From NCBI GenBank assembly GCA_965248265.1, contig CBDFJF010000001.1:1600001-1664000 (forward strand): a stretch of 64,000 bases of DNA, in the 5' to 3' direction. The notes under the pieces were generated by a model, which had not been told where the DNA came from, ran no database searches, and saw only the letters and a list, made by a program, of their open reading frames with translations. The translations under genes were made by a program, and so were the position numbers. This document shows positions 18,151 to 30,552 of the stretch, one piece after another. Numbering within the stretch: position 1 is the stretch's first letter; each line of letters begins with the position of its first letter. The DNA comes from Candidatus Latescibacterota bacterium (lineage in GTDB: Bacteria; Latescibacterota; UBA2968; UBA8231).

Positions 18151-18201
18151 AGGCGCACCGATGTTGCCGGCCTGCATGACCAGTCGTCATCGTCATTCAC
18201 G

Positions 18202-19194
18202 TCAATCCGCGTTGTGCCCCACCGTGTACCCCCCGTCGACCATGATGCTGGATCCGGTGATGAAGCTGCTCTCGTCAGAGGCCAGAAACAAGCTGGCATA
18301 GGCACAGTCCAGGGTGGACCCCAGCCTTTTGACGAAGTGGCTCTTGCACTGCATGGTCGTCAACTCGGCCTTGGATATGCCCAGTTTTGTGGCGTGCTTC
18401 GTGGTCGCGGGCGTGTCGATGGTCCCGGGGCAGACGGCATTGACCCGGATTCGCTCCGGACCCAGATCCAGGCTCATGCACCGCATCATCTGTATGATCG
18501 CCCCCTTGCTGGTGTTGTACGGGACGAAACTCGGCTGGGCGATATGGCTCGAGACCGATGCCATCAAGACCACGCTGCCGCCGACGCGATTCGGATTCCC
18601 CTTCGCGATTCCGCTGCGGTTGATCTTCGGCTGAGTGCTGCGCAGATACGGCAGCGCGAACTTCACACAATTCGCGTAGCCCTTGACGTTGGTACCGAGA
18701 ATCACATCCCAGTCGTTGGACGTCACCTCATCGACCGTGCCGAAAACGAACGCGGCCGCGTTCGGCAGCACGATGTCGATTTTGCCTTCTATCTCACCAA
18801 CTGACTCGATCCACCGCCTCAATGAGTCCTCGTTGCCCACATCCGCCACGTCGAAGAACACGCGCTCTCCTTCTTCTCCTTCCCCGACCCTGCTCTCCTT
18901 CAACTCCTTCCTCAAACTTTCCTGTAAGCGCTCACCTAGCTCTGCCCGCCGACCGCAGAAGTAGACGATCGCACCCTCCTTGGCGAGGACCTCTACGCAA
19001 GTCTTGCCGATGGCCTGGGTGCCCCCGGTGACGATGGCGATCCGGTTCCTTACCCGACCCGCGCCCACGTAGCTGGTGGTGTCCACGCAGCCCTCCGGAC
19101 TCGCGGTGTCATCGAAACTAGTGTACAGCTGCCGCGTCTCCGGATCGACGTTGGCTCCTGAAGGGTGTACCTCAATCTCCATTGTCCTTCTCAC
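18202..19194 (-). CDS. SDR oxidoreductase with extended N-terminus and insertions
   Basis: TGGTQAIG, PNAA, YNTSKG, IRVNAVCPG and VDGG motifs. Confidence 0.88.
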   Translation of the reverse strand: MRRTMEIEVHPSGANVDPETRQLYTSFDDTASPEGCVDTTSYVGAGRVRNRIAIVTGGTQAIGKTCVEVLAKEGAIVYFCGRRAELGERLQESLRKELKESRVGEGEEGERVFFDVADVGNEDSLRRWIESVGEIEGKIDIVLPNAAAFVFGTVDEVTSNDWDVILGTNVKGYANCVKFALPYLRSTQPKINRSGIAKGNPNRVGGSVVLMASVSSHIAQPSFVPYNTSKGAIIQMMRCMSLDLGPERIRVNAVCPGTIDTPATTKHATKLGISKAELTTMQCKSHFVKRLGSTLDCAYASLFLASDESSFITGSSIMVDGGYTVGHNAD

Positions 19195-19261
19195 TTCTTC
19201 GGGTAGCGGTTACTTGAGATCCTTGCCCGGTGTCTCAATGTGCGCCGGCGTCAGTTCATTC

Positions 19262-20494
19262 TCAGTCCACGTACCATCCTTCATTACCGGCTCGCTCGCA
19301 GGCCTTCGCCCACTCATCAGAGCCATCGTCGAACCAGCGCTCATAGGTGTAGTTGCGCAGGGTGCCCTCCTCCTGGCCCATGATCTTGACCAGGCTGGGC
19401 TGACCCAGCGAGTAGATGGTGCGTCCTCCACCCAGCCTGACAACACCGATGTAAGGCTCTACCTCGTTCGGTTCGCTTTCCCGGTACTTGTACATCAGCT
19501 CCTCATCGACGTCGAAGCCCAGGCCTGGCTCCTCGGACACTCGTGAGAAGCCCTCGGTCACCGCGAAGCGCTTGTGCGTGATGTCATCCTCGGCGTCGAG
19601 TTGGTCGTCCAGGTGAATGGAGTGGCCGGTAGCGGACGGCATGGTGCAGGCAATGTGCATGGCCATCGACTTGGCCAGCGTCCCACCGCAAAACTGGAAG
19701 ATGACCTGGAGATTGAGCTTGCCCATCGTGGTCGCAGTGGCAATCAGATCTCCGACGGGCGGGTACATCATGTAGATGTCCGCCATGCCCATGGAGGCCT
19801 CGTGGCCACCACCGAGCTTCGCCACCCCTCCGTGGACGATCGCCAGCTGGGTACGTCGGCGCAACTCGCGCCAGCTCTCGATATCCGCCGTGTCGAAGGG
19901 GTCTTCGATCCACTGAACTATCGGATGATCGCGCTCGAGCTGGGCGACTATGGGGAGCACCGAACCGAGCCTCCGGCCGCGACGTCCGGTGAAGTCGTAG
20001 TGGACCCTGAACCCCGGCGGCGCCACCTCCTCGATGGCCTTAGTCCACTCGAAGATGTCCTCCAGCGGGTTGCTGTGAATCTTGAAGATGGTGTAGCCGT
20101 CGTCGACAGCACGGACGATGTCGGCGGCCAGTTCCTCCCGGGTAGGCCCGCCCCAGCACCACGCCGCTGTGGAGACGCTGTCGCGCACCTTCTGCCCTAT
20201 CAGCTTGTACGCCGGCACCTCCAGGTACTTACCCATGATGTCGTACAGGGCCATCACCATGGCCGGGTGCAGATCGGAACCGAGGTAATCGAATGGATCC
20301 GTGTCGATGACCGGGTCGAATGACTCCCTGGGTGGCGGTGGCGCGCCGTCGAAGTCGCCATAGCCGGTGATGCCGAGGTCGGTGGTGACTTTGGCGGCAA
20401 TCCTGAACTCATGCCCGTTGCGGGCAGGGTTGTCGCGATAACGCTTCGCCAATGGCGGATGGATGGGAAACAGATCGATATCGGTGATTTTCAC
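19262..20494 (-). CDS. Mandelate racemase / muconate-lactonizing (enolase superfamily) enzyme
   Basis: MALYDIMGK, FKIH, YDF, WIEDP and PGLGFDVD motifs. GTG start overlaps the upstream stop codon. Confidence 0.85.
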   Translation of the reverse strand: MKITDIDLFPIHPPLAKRYRDNPARNGHEFRIAAKVTTDLGITGYGDFDGAPPPPRESFDPVIDTDPFDYLGSDLHPAMVMALYDIMGKYLEVPAYKLIGQKVRDSVSTAAWCWGGPTREELAADIVRAVDDGYTIFKIHSNPLEDIFEWTKAIEEVAPPGFRVHYDFTGRRGRRLGSVLPIVAQLERDHPIVQWIEDPFDTADIESWRELRRRTQLAIVHGGVAKLGGGHEASMGMADIYMMYPPVGDLIATATTMGKLNLQVIFQFCGGTLAKSMAMHIACTMPSATGHSIHLDDQLDAEDDITHKRFAVTEGFSRVSEEPGLGFDVDEELMYKYRESEPNEVEPYIGVVRLGGGRTIYSLGQPSLVKIMGQEEGTLRNYTYERWFDDGSDEWAKACERAGNEGWYVD

Positions 20495-21759
20495 GAGGTC
20501 TTCTCCCCTTCCACGGGCTGGTAGAACCAGTCGATGGATACCACCCGAACCTTGTTGGCACGATCGAAGGGTGCCATGCCAAAACGCTCGTTGAGCTCGT
20601 CGATGTCGGCGCCATACGTCAAGCGGATGACATCGAGATCGCCCCATGTGGCCATGCCGTAGGTTATGATGGCCTTGTCATTGAGGAAGGTCAACGTCGG
20701 TTCGTTCTTGCGCAGCGGCGAGGGCGCGCCGACGTAGCGTTTGCGGTCAATGGGTTGGCGGTAGCCGCCGTCCAGGCCGACCTCGATGGCATCGGCCTCC
20801 ACGTAGCAGACGTCGTCCATCGATTCCAGGTTTTTGTGATGCTGCCAGGTCTGGCCATCATCCTTGCTGATGGCGCAGGTGAGCCGGTGGCGGTAGAGGC
20901 CGACCATGTACTCCCAACGTGAAACCTGGTTCCAGATGATGAGCAGGTCTCCGGTGGTGGGAATCCGCTTGATCACGCACGGCGAGGGTACCAGTACCAG
21001 ACCGGTGGGCTCGGGCTCCGTCCAGGACTCACCCCGGTCTTCGGAGTAGGCCTTGAAGTGTTGCCCGAGATACGTCCGTCCCATCATCAGAATCCGCCCA
21101 TCTTTCAGCGCAACTATTGCCGGCTCCTCGAAGGAGTAGCTGCCAAGGGCGCCGCTGTCGATGGGGACGAAGGTCTCGTTGCGGCTGCGCTGCCAGGTCT
21201 GACCCTCATCGTCCGAGTAGTAGGAGTAACTGTAGCGCAGGGTGCAGGCGATGTTGGCGCCGAAGTAGCTTTCGCTGAACCGCTGTAGTCGTTTGGGCTT
21301 GGGTGAAAGGGGGGTGGGACCGATGGTCGAGTACACCGGGACCACGATGCGTCCATCCTCCAAAACGATGCTGACGTCATGGCTGGTGTTGACGACGATG
21401 TCGGGGGCATTCATATCCACACCAGCCGACCAGGTATCGCCTTCGTCCGCGCTGACATGGAACGTCTGCTGACCGGTGTGACTGGTCTGCACCATGCCGA
21501 TTCGCCCGCTCTGTAGTCTGACTAGATGAATGCCAAAGACCCCCATGACTGGCGCGCCGTTGTCGTACGTCAAGGCAACCGGCGCGCTCCAGGTCTCGCC
21601 CTCGTCCTCTGAAAAATTGGCCTGAAGCGACTCCGGGTCTCGTTTACCCTGACCCCACACCCACATAAGCCGATCGCCAGCCAGGGGGATGACACTGCTG
21701 TAAGACGGACTCAGAAATACATGATCCAGCTTGATGATGGAATGGACGTGTTCGGTCAC
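20491..21759 (-). CDS. Sialidase-like BNR/Asp-box beta-propeller protein
   Basis: Five Asp boxes (SEDEGETW, SADEGDTW, SDDEGQTW, SEDRGESW, SKDDGQTW). RBS AAGGAG before the GTG at 21759. Confidence 0.85.
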   Translation of the reverse strand: MTEHVHSIIKLDHVFLSPSYSSVIPLAGDRLMWVWGQGKRDPESLQANFSEDEGETWSAPVALTYDNGAPVMGVFGIHLVRLQSGRIGMVQTSHTGQQTFHVSADEGDTWSAGVDMNAPDIVVNTSHDVSIVLEDGRIVVPVYSTIGPTPLSPKPKRLQRFSESYFGANIACTLRYSYSYYSDDEGQTWQRSRNETFVPIDSGALGSYSFEEPAIVALKDGRILMMGRTYLGQHFKAYSEDRGESWTEPEPTGLVLVPSPCVIKRIPTTGDLLIIWNQVSRWEYMVGLYRHRLTCAISKDDGQTWQHHKNLESMDDVCYVEADAIEVGLDGGYRQPIDRKRYVGAPSPLRKNEPTLTFLNDKAIITYGMATWGDLDVIRLTYGADIDELNERFGMAPFDRANKVRVVSIDWFYQPVEGEKTS

Positions 21760-21893
21760 CGGCGACTCCTTCGATGTTTCCAAGTGTGCACTTGTCTCGC
21801 CACCCGGGCAAGCGTACGAACCAGCCTGACGGGTGGAGTTTCCCCACGGATTTGGTATGTTGCTTGGCTTCACGGCTCCGGGAGGGAGTAACC

Positions 21894-22823
21894 ATGAGAA
21901 TCACACGCATCGAACGCATCGGGGTGCGCATGCAGTATGACGAGCGTGTCGCCGAAGCCCTGCGTCAGGGCGGCCTGGCCAACCGCGCGACAGACGAGGA
22001 GTTCGAGGCGGAGAAGGAGCGTTTCCACAAGGAGTTGCGGGAGCTTCCACTGCCCACGGCTGCGACAACCGTGTACCTCGTCCACAGCGATGAAGGACTG
22101 ATCGGCCTGGGTGAGGGCACCTCGATGTCCGACGACGAACTGAAGGTGTACGTCGGTCACAGTCCCTTCGAGTACATCATGGACGACAGCGTCGGTCCGT
22201 TGCAGATCGGTTTCTATGACCTGATGGGTCGGGCCCTGGGGCTGCCGATTGCCCGCCTTCTGGGCCCGAGTCGCGACACCGCCCCGCTGGCCTGGTGGTC
22301 GCACTGCTTTGCGCCGGATGTATTGCAGGGCGAGGCGAAGCTGGCGCGGTCGCGCGGTTACCTGGTACACAAGATCAAGCGGCGGGCGCATACCGATGTC
22401 GTAGAGCAGGTGGCCGCCATGGCCGAAGTGACACCGGACGACTACACGGAGCTCGGTCTGCACCTGGCCCACCACATCGGTCAGCCCGATCCGGTGGATG
22501 CATTGCACTCGGAGGTATACGACTACTTCATCCTCGGCACCCAGGTCGCCGCCATGGTGCGCGACGCCCATATCGCCGACGCCCGCAACCGGCAATTCTG
22601 GATGCAGGCCACCAGCACCGACATCACCGCCCTGTTCATGCTGCAGTTGGCTGCCGCCACGCCCAACGCCACGCGCGCTCATGTGACAACCAGTCACCTG
22701 CATGAGCAGTCCCTGCTGCAGGAGCCGCTGATCGTCTCCGATGGCCACGTCGCCATTCCCGACCGCCCCGGATTGGGCGCGACCCTGAACATGGACGTTG
22801 TCGAGAACTTCCGGATCGAATGA
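21894..22823 (+). CDS. Enolase-superfamily protein, apparently with an internal in-frame deletion (probable pseudogene)
   Basis: GFYDLMGR, HKIK and PGLG are present, but the D-x-N and E-x-P metal-ligand strands are missing between PDDY and TELGLHLAHH. Confidence 0.7.
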   Translation: MRITRIERIGVRMQYDERVAEALRQGGLANRATDEEFEAEKERFHKELRELPLPTAATTVYLVHSDEGLIGLGEGTSMSDDELKVYVGHSPFEYIMDDSVGPLQIGFYDLMGRALGLPIARLLGPSRDTAPLAWWSHCFAPDVLQGEAKLARSRGYLVHKIKRRAHTDVVEQVAAMAEVTPDDYTELGLHLAHHIGQPDPVDALHSEVYDYFILGTQVAAMVRDAHIADARNRQFWMQATSTDITALFMLQLAAATPNATRAHVTTSHLHEQSLLQEPLIVSDGHVAIPDRPGLGATLNMDVVENFRIE

Positions 22824-22832
22824 CCTATCGTT

Positions 22833-23318
22833 TCACCCCTCTGCACGCCAACCACCAGAAGAAGAACCCGCATGCCGAACCGCACAGCAGGCCGATGGCA
22901 GCCCACACGCCGAATTCGTCCATACCATGCTGGACAACGCCCCTGCGATGGTCGCCAGCGGCAGGACGAACTTGAATTCGAGCCGTTGGATGAAATCGAG
23001 GACAAGAATGCCCGGCACGACGAATACCGCGGTCCCCAGGTAAGCAGCAGGACCACCGTAGAGGAAGAAAACCAGCAGAGCCAGCAGAGCGGAAAACGCA
23101 TCGGGTACGTATGGGTCGGTCTCTCCGGCGATCATCCACAAACCGCCGATCCACACAGAGTAGAGAACCCAGGCGACCACCGGCGCCAGCAGGGGCGCGA
23201 TGATGAGGGCGGGAAAAACTCTCACGTTCGGCTCGCACATGTTCGTCTTGTCCTCAGATTGCCATTCCCGATCCATACCGATGAGGTTAACAATAGACAC
23301 CGATTTGGGTGTGGTCAC
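22833..23318 (-). CDS. Hypothetical membrane protein (3-4 hydrophobic segments)
   Basis: Hydrophobic stretches ALIIAPLLAPVVAWVL, ALLALLVFFLYGG and FVLPLATIAGAL. Confidence 0.5.
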   Translation of the reverse strand: MTTPKSVSIVNLIGMDREWQSEDKTNMCEPNVRVFPALIIAPLLAPVVAWVLYSVWIGGLWMIAGETDPYVPDAFSALLALLVFFLYGGPAAYLGTAVFVVPGILVLDFIQRLEFKFVLPLATIAGALSSMVWTNSACGLPSACCAVRHAGSSSGGWRAEG

Positions 23319-23320
23319 GC

Positions 23321-24910
23321 ATGACTGGGAGGGTCGCGGGCAGCGGCGCCACGTCGTACACTTTCGCCCGATCGTTTCAGGATCGAGCCGTCACCCGCCA
23401 ACCGGACGAGCCTCTCGTGCGCTTACCGCGAACACTCTACTACAACGACGCCAGACACCAGTACCTCTTCGTCACCGAGCCACCGATGTCTCTCGAAGAC
23501 GCCCAGCGCCCGGTCGACGAGGTTGCCGGAACTGCCGTCGACACCTTTACCTACGCGGTCGCAAGACGGGACGGTCTGTTCTACCCCTCGAAGGTCGGCA
23601 TGAGATTCGGAGGCGACATCCTGCCACTCGGCGACGCAACCTGGTGGCGCGCATGGCACAACATGCAGAGTCTCATCGACCAGGGTCTCGACCCGTTACG
23701 GGTGCTCATCGACCGTGCTCGCGACAACAACCTGAGCTTCATCGTCTGTCTGCGTGTTGGCGCGTTCGGTGAAATGGACGCCAGCCTGAATGTTCGCAGC
23801 CATGGTAGCGGCTTCGTGCTGGCACCGGTGAGGGACCACGCTCTTGCTGTCGCGCGGGAGCTTGCGCAGGACTATCCGGTCGATGGAATTGAGCTGGACT
23901 TCACAGACCCCTCGGGCCCGGCCGCATCGACCCTTCTCGGTTACTTCGTCGCCGAGGACTTGCCGGCCTTCAGACCAGTGATGACCGAATGGGTTCGCAG
24001 TGTGGCCAAGGTGGTGCGTGACCGAAACGGCGGCCCTGGCGTGGTGGGCGCGCGCATTTACCCGACCGAGCAGGTCAATCTTGGGGCAGGACTTGACATC
24101 CAGACCTGGCTGCAGGAGGGATTGGTCGACTACGTGGCGCCTACTGTCCGCGGCACGCAGTTGCTGCATCAGAGCATGGATATTGACTGGCTGATCGAGG
24201 CGGCCCACGAGCGGGATGTTTCCGTGTACCCGCTCCTGCATCCGATGTACCGTGACAACACCCACGCGACGCCGGAGATGATGCGGGCTGCCTTTGGCAA
24301 TTACCGATCGCGCGGAGTCGATGGGCACTACACATGGGCGTTGAAGTGGCCTCCGGATGAAGCGCGGCAACAGATCCTCACCGAGCAGGGTGATGCCGAC
24401 TCGGTCAGAAAAGGCGCCAAACACTACTTCACCCCCGGCCGGGTGGAGAAGGAGGGTGGCGTCGCTTCATACCAATCGGCACTGCCACTAAGCATCGCTC
24501 CGAACGACACCGGGGTGCGCTACGGAGTGCCGATGTTCATCTCCGACGATCTCGAGCAACAACAGCGGGCATCCCGACTGCGTCTGTTTGTTCGCGGACT
24601 CGTCGACGCCGACGAGTTTACCGTCTACCTGAATGATCAATCGGTGATGGCAGAGTCAAGTCGCCGGTACTTCCATGATGCGCTGCACCCGGAAACCGGT
24701 CGTTGGGTTGAGTTCGCACTGGAGAGGATACGCCCGCAGACGGGAGACAACCTGTTGGAAATCGAGCTGCATCGGCGTGGAGCCAATGATGTGAGCAATC
24801 CCAACGCCGCGCACGGCACCGGGCTGGTGCAGCCCTTCATCGTCGAAGAAGTGGAGCTGATAATCGAGTCAGACCTCATCCACTCGGCGGAATACCCCTC
24901 GCAGGCGTGA
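23321..24910 (+). CDS. Glycosyl hydrolase-like (GHL10/DUF187-type) TIM-barrel protein
   Basis: YYNDARH, GLDPLRVLIDRAR, YPVDGIELDF and WLQEGLVDY motifs. Start uncertain. Confidence 0.65.
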   Translation: MTGRVAGSGATSYTFARSFQDRAVTRQPDEPLVRLPRTLYYNDARHQYLFVTEPPMSLEDAQRPVDEVAGTAVDTFTYAVARRDGLFYPSKVGMRFGGDILPLGDATWWRAWHNMQSLIDQGLDPLRVLIDRARDNNLSFIVCLRVGAFGEMDASLNVRSHGSGFVLAPVRDHALAVARELAQDYPVDGIELDFTDPSGPAASTLLGYFVAEDLPAFRPVMTEWVRSVAKVVRDRNGGPGVVGARIYPTEQVNLGAGLDIQTWLQEGLVDYVAPTVRGTQLLHQSMDIDWLIEAAHERDVSVYPLLHPMYRDNTHATPEMMRAAFGNYRSRGVDGHYTWALKWPPDEARQQILTEQGDADSVRKGAKHYFTPGRVEKEGGVASYQSALPLSIAPNDTGVRYGVPMFISDDLEQQQRASRLRLFVRGLVDADEFTVYLNDQSVMAESSRRYFHDALHPETGRWVEFALERIRPQTGDNLLEIELHRRGANDVSNPNAAHGTGLVQPFIVEEVELIIESDLIHSAEYPSQA

Positions 24911-25730
24911 AACCAAGCTCCTCGCGAATACGGGTGATGTCGTAAACCGTGTCGCGCTCGTGACCGGGCCGCCCGTAGTGGGAAAAGTCCATCGTCTCTG
25001 CATCCGCGCCGTACCAGGCACGCATCAACTCCGGCACCGTCCCGGCCACGCAGGCCTGTGCACCGGTTGCATTCATGGTGCGAACGCCGGGCTTGTGAGC
25101 CGCCTCGACCGCCAGGGTCAGGCAGTGGACGGTGTCGCTGAGAAACATCCGGGAGATAGCACCAAAAGCCCATGCGGACACAGGGCCTACCTCGCGCGGG
25201 ACGAGCTCGCGGTCGTCCGGGGCGATGCTGGCCAGGCGCAGATTGATGAAGTCGAGGTCTTCGTTCTGGCGTGAGAGATAGCCGGTGACCTCCTCCATCA
25301 AGTACTTGGAGAAACCGTAGCCGCCATCCCCGACGCAGGGGTGCTCGTCCAGTATCGGCAGTTGCAGCGGCCTGAAACGGGCGGATTGCATTCCGACGGC
25401 GGCAATGGAGCTGGCGAGGACGAACTTCTTCGTCCCGCGATCGATACAATGGCGCAGCATGCGATGCGTTCCAGCGACGTTGACCCCGATGCAATCCGCC
25501 TCGCTGCCGCGACCGACGACGGCCGCCAGGTGAACGACCACGTCTATGTCTCTATGAGGGTCCAGACTGTGCAGCTCCTCCGGATCCGTGAAATCACCTT
25601 CGACAGCCGTGATGCCTTCCACTGGGGTCGGTTTCCGCGACAGGCCGATCACCTTGTGCTGGTCCGCCAACGCCGCGGCCAGCGCGCCTCCGATGAAACC
25701 GCTGGTGCCGGTGATGAGAATCGTGCTCAT
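24876..25730 (-). CDS. NAD-dependent epimerase/dehydratase
   Basis: TGTSGFIG, VVHLAA and YGFSK motifs. Confidence 0.9.
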   Translation of the reverse strand: MSTILITGTSGFIGGALAAALADQHKVIGLSRKPTPVEGITAVEGDFTDPEELHSLDPHRDIDVVVHLAAVVGRGSEADCIGVNVAGTHRMLRHCIDRGTKKFVLASSIAAVGMQSARFRPLQLPILDEHPCVGDGGYGFSKYLMEEVTGYLSRQNEDLDFINLRLASIAPDDRELVPREVGPVSAWAFGAISRMFLSDTVHCLTLAVEAAHKPGVRTMNATGAQACVAGTVPELMRAWYGADAETMDFSHYGRPGHERDTVYDITRIREELGFTPARGIPPSG

Positions 25731-25756
25731 GATGGGTCAACTCTCCGCGGGCAGTT

Positions 25757-26974
25757 TTAAGCTGATAAGCGCTTCAAGTTTTCCTCGTAAACCTCGAAGC
25801 GCTCACCCTCCGTCTCCTGCGGATCCACCAGCTTCATGAACAGGGCGCTCCCCGGCTTGTCCGAGGCGAACTCCTGGTGGCTCTTGATATGGGACGGATC
25901 TTCTCCGTGCCAGACAACGTCGCCATCCTGCATGTAGATGAAGTCGTTGGCGTAGCGGTCGATCATCTCATCCTGCTTGTCGCGGTAGATGAGCCCCTGC
26001 TCGCAGGCGGTGCGCCGTATGCTGCGGACGATTTCGGGCGTGTTCGTCTCGTATGAATTGAACTCCGCCAGGGGGGCAGGATTGGTCTCACTGACGAAAT
26101 CGATCTCGTCGAGGTCTACTGTACCGAAGCCGCGGTTGGCGGCGATCAGCAGGTGATTTCTGTCCCGACGGAACGGCGGCGTCGGCCAGTCGGACCTGGG
26201 ATCGTGACCCATCAGGTGAGCGCCGCACGCATCCGTCGCCGTGGTCTGGTCGCCGGCGATGAGGGTGTCGGCGACGCGCCCCTCACCATCCCATTCCCGG
26301 CCATACTGCCCTACCATGGCGTCGACGACATTCAGACACGGCTGAGTAATCAGAGCCAGATCCGGAAGTACATGTGACAACCTGATGGCGTGGTGAAAGT
26401 AGGTGCGGATGCGGCCATGAGGCCTCGGGATCGGCGTGATGCCGAACAGGTTCTTCATACACATGGTCACGCCCATGAAACCGTGGTTCTTCATCTTCGC
26501 CACGGAAACGACGGCATCGGCTTCGGCAAAACAGGAATTGAGGGTGTAGCGATCGAACATGGTACCGCCACCGGGCACGTCGTAGTTCGAGAACGGCGGC
26601 AGGTTGCACTCCACGTATTCGACATCGAACTCCCGCAGGTAGCGCAGGTAATTGAGCTCTGCTTCGGGCTCTCCCTGAGTTACGTAGCCCCGCGTGTCCG
26701 CCGCGATCAGATGGGCGGATGTTCGTTCACGCAGCAACCGCAGCACCGCCATGCAGACGCTGTCGTCGACGAGTTCCCGGCGACGGCCACGAAAATGTTC
26801 GACGTTCGGATGCATCATGTTGAACTTGAGGACGATCTTCTTGGCCTTCTCCAGCTTCTCCCATGACCGAGTCAGCGGGTCGGTAACGTGGCGCAGGGTC
26901 TCGTAGACATGCTCATTGGTGGCCGTTCGGTGATCGCACCGGGCGGCACGCACGCTGTACTGTTTGTCCGGCAT
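25757..26974 (-). CDS. DUF362 domain protein
   Basis: IVLKFN, VSVAKMKNH, VTMCMKNLFG, NVVDA and ATDACGAHLMG motifs. Confidence 0.82.
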   Translation of the reverse strand: MPDKQYSVRAARCDHRTATNEHVYETLRHVTDPLTRSWEKLEKAKKIVLKFNMMHPNVEHFRGRRRELVDDSVCMAVLRLLRERTSAHLIAADTRGYVTQGEPEAELNYLRYLREFDVEYVECNLPPFSNYDVPGGGTMFDRYTLNSCFAEADAVVSVAKMKNHGFMGVTMCMKNLFGITPIPRPHGRIRTYFHHAIRLSHVLPDLALITQPCLNVVDAMVGQYGREWDGEGRVADTLIAGDQTTATDACGAHLMGHDPRSDWPTPPFRRDRNHLLIAANRGFGTVDLDEIDFVSETNPAPLAEFNSYETNTPEIVRSIRRTACEQGLIYRDKQDEMIDRYANDFIYMQDGDVVWHGEDPSHIKSHQEFASDKPGSALFMKLVDPQETEGERFEVYEENLKRLSA

Positions 26975-27154
26975 CTTGCCCTTTCCTGTTAGCATTGTCG
27001 AGAGGGGATTGTACGTCGCGTGTGGAGTCGTAACAACCGTCACGGGACACCAGACTTATCGTATATTCCGTGGCCTTCGCTTTTGCCCTCGGCAACCAGG
27101 TTGCCCTGTTACAGGCGGTGGAATGCGCGGACTGTCGCGCCAACGACTCTCTGT

Positions 27155-28984
<1,830 letters not shown>

Positions 28985-29039
28985 GGGCGGACGTACGGCG
29001 TTGGCATGTTTATCTCAGTCATCTCAATAGTAAGGGTTG

Positions 29040-30155
29040 TCATCGACTGCCGTACCTCTCGATTTGATCTTCGTCTAGTTCTACACCCAAGCCCGGACCT
29101 TCTGGAACCGAGGCGACCACGGGGCCGAGTTCAAGCGGCTCGGTGATCATGTCCGCTTCGTGATACAGCGGACCGATGAAGTCACCTGGATAGATTTCGC
29201 TGTCTATGGCCTGGGCGGCAACACCCAGGTGAAGCATGGCTGCCGTGGCGACACCCAGCTCCAGGTTACTGCCCATGCTGCAGACGATGCCGGCTGCCTG
29301 CGCGATATTGGAAATCGCCATAGCCGGCAGAATGCCAGAATTCTTACCCGGATAGATGCTGAGAATATCCACTGCGCCGACCGCGATCAGGTTCTTGGCA
29401 TCGGCGGCGGTGAAAACACTTTCGTCCGCCATCAACGGGATCGACGTGCTCTGCCTCAAGGCGGCCAGACTGCGCGCATCTTCGGTGCCGATCGGCTGCT
29501 CGGCGAAGAGAATGTCCAGTTCTTCGAGAGCTGCGAGCGCCTTTTGTGCCGTCGAAATATCCCATCCGCAGTTGCCGTCGATTCCGATCGTCACATCGCT
29601 TCCCGCGAGTTCACGCACCGCTCGCACTCGAGCGATGTCTTCAGTCAAGTCGAGCCCGACCTTGACCTTGAGATGCCGCACTCCCCAATCGAGGAACTGC
29701 CGGGCGAGGTCTGTGGCCTTCGACATGTCGAAGGCTCCGACGACCATCTTCATCGGCAACGAATCCCGCACTTTGCCACCGAGCAGACTGAACACAGGCG
29801 CATCTGCCGCCTTGCCGGCGATATCCCACAATGCCATTTCCACCGCCGCCTTGGCAAATGGATTCAGCTTGATTACCCGGTCGATCCGAATGGCGCAGCC
29901 GCCAACGTCGCGCGGGTCCATGCCGGTAAGTGCCGGCGACAGCAGCTCGTCGATCACCGCCACACACCCGGGACTGGTCTCGCCGCTCCAGCGGGGCGAC
30001 AGGGTCGCTTCCCCGATGCCTACGATCCCGTCGTCGGTGTGAACCTTGACCATCACGTAAGCGGAGTCGACGTGCTCGCCGTGCGCCGTCTTGGTGGTCA
30101 GACCCTTCTTAAGCGGTACCAGAACAGGGATCGGCTCAATGCGGGTAATCTTCAT
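29040..30155 (-). CDS. Muconate/chloromuconate cycloisomerase-like enolase-superfamily enzyme
   Basis: KVKVG, DGNCG, EQP, ADES and PEGPGLG motifs. Confidence 0.88.
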   Translation of the reverse strand: MKITRIEPIPVLVPLKKGLTTKTAHGEHVDSAYVMVKVHTDDGIVGIGEATLSPRWSGETSPGCVAVIDELLSPALTGMDPRDVGGCAIRIDRVIKLNPFAKAAVEMALWDIAGKAADAPVFSLLGGKVRDSLPMKMVVGAFDMSKATDLARQFLDWGVRHLKVKVGLDLTEDIARVRAVRELAGSDVTIGIDGNCGWDISTAQKALAALEELDILFAEQPIGTEDARSLAALRQSTSIPLMADESVFTAADAKNLIAVGAVDILSIYPGKNSGILPAMAISNIAQAAGIVCSMGSNLELGVATAAMLHLGVAAQAIDSEIYPGDFIGPLYHEADMITEPLELGPVVASVPEGPGLGVELDEDQIERYGSR

Positions 30156-30166
30156 GCGCGTGGAGG

Positions 30167-30384
30167 CTAGACCTCCAGGACCTGCTTCCAGTTTTCGTAA
30201 ATGATGTTTTCGATCACCTGATCCGGCACCTTGGGGAAGTTCGTCCCCTCCACCACGTCGTTGACCTTCCACTGACCGGCGACAACCGCATCTTCGTTTT
30301 TTTAGCGGCCAGGGCAAACTCGACGAACTCGTCGGAGAGATGATCCGGATACCACAGCAGGTTGGTGTGCGTGTCGAAGAGCAT
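30167..30384 (-). pseudogene. Amidohydrolase (Amidohydro_2) relic: N- and C-termini joined, core deleted
   Basis: MLFDTHTNLLWYPDHLSDEF... is followed, in another frame, by WKVNDVVEGTNFPKVPDQVIENIIYENWKQVLEV*. Confidence 0.7.
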
Positions 30385-30552
30385 GGCGTGACCAGACTCC
30401 GACATCAGTTTCTGCGGTTTCAACTGAAGTGCTTTCGATCGGGTTCCTGGCCTTGCGCCCCACTGGACACGGCCCCTGTGACACCATAAAGTACGCCCAC
30501 CTGCCACATGGGCAATTAATCCGCACCCACCACACAACAATCCGGCAGAAAC

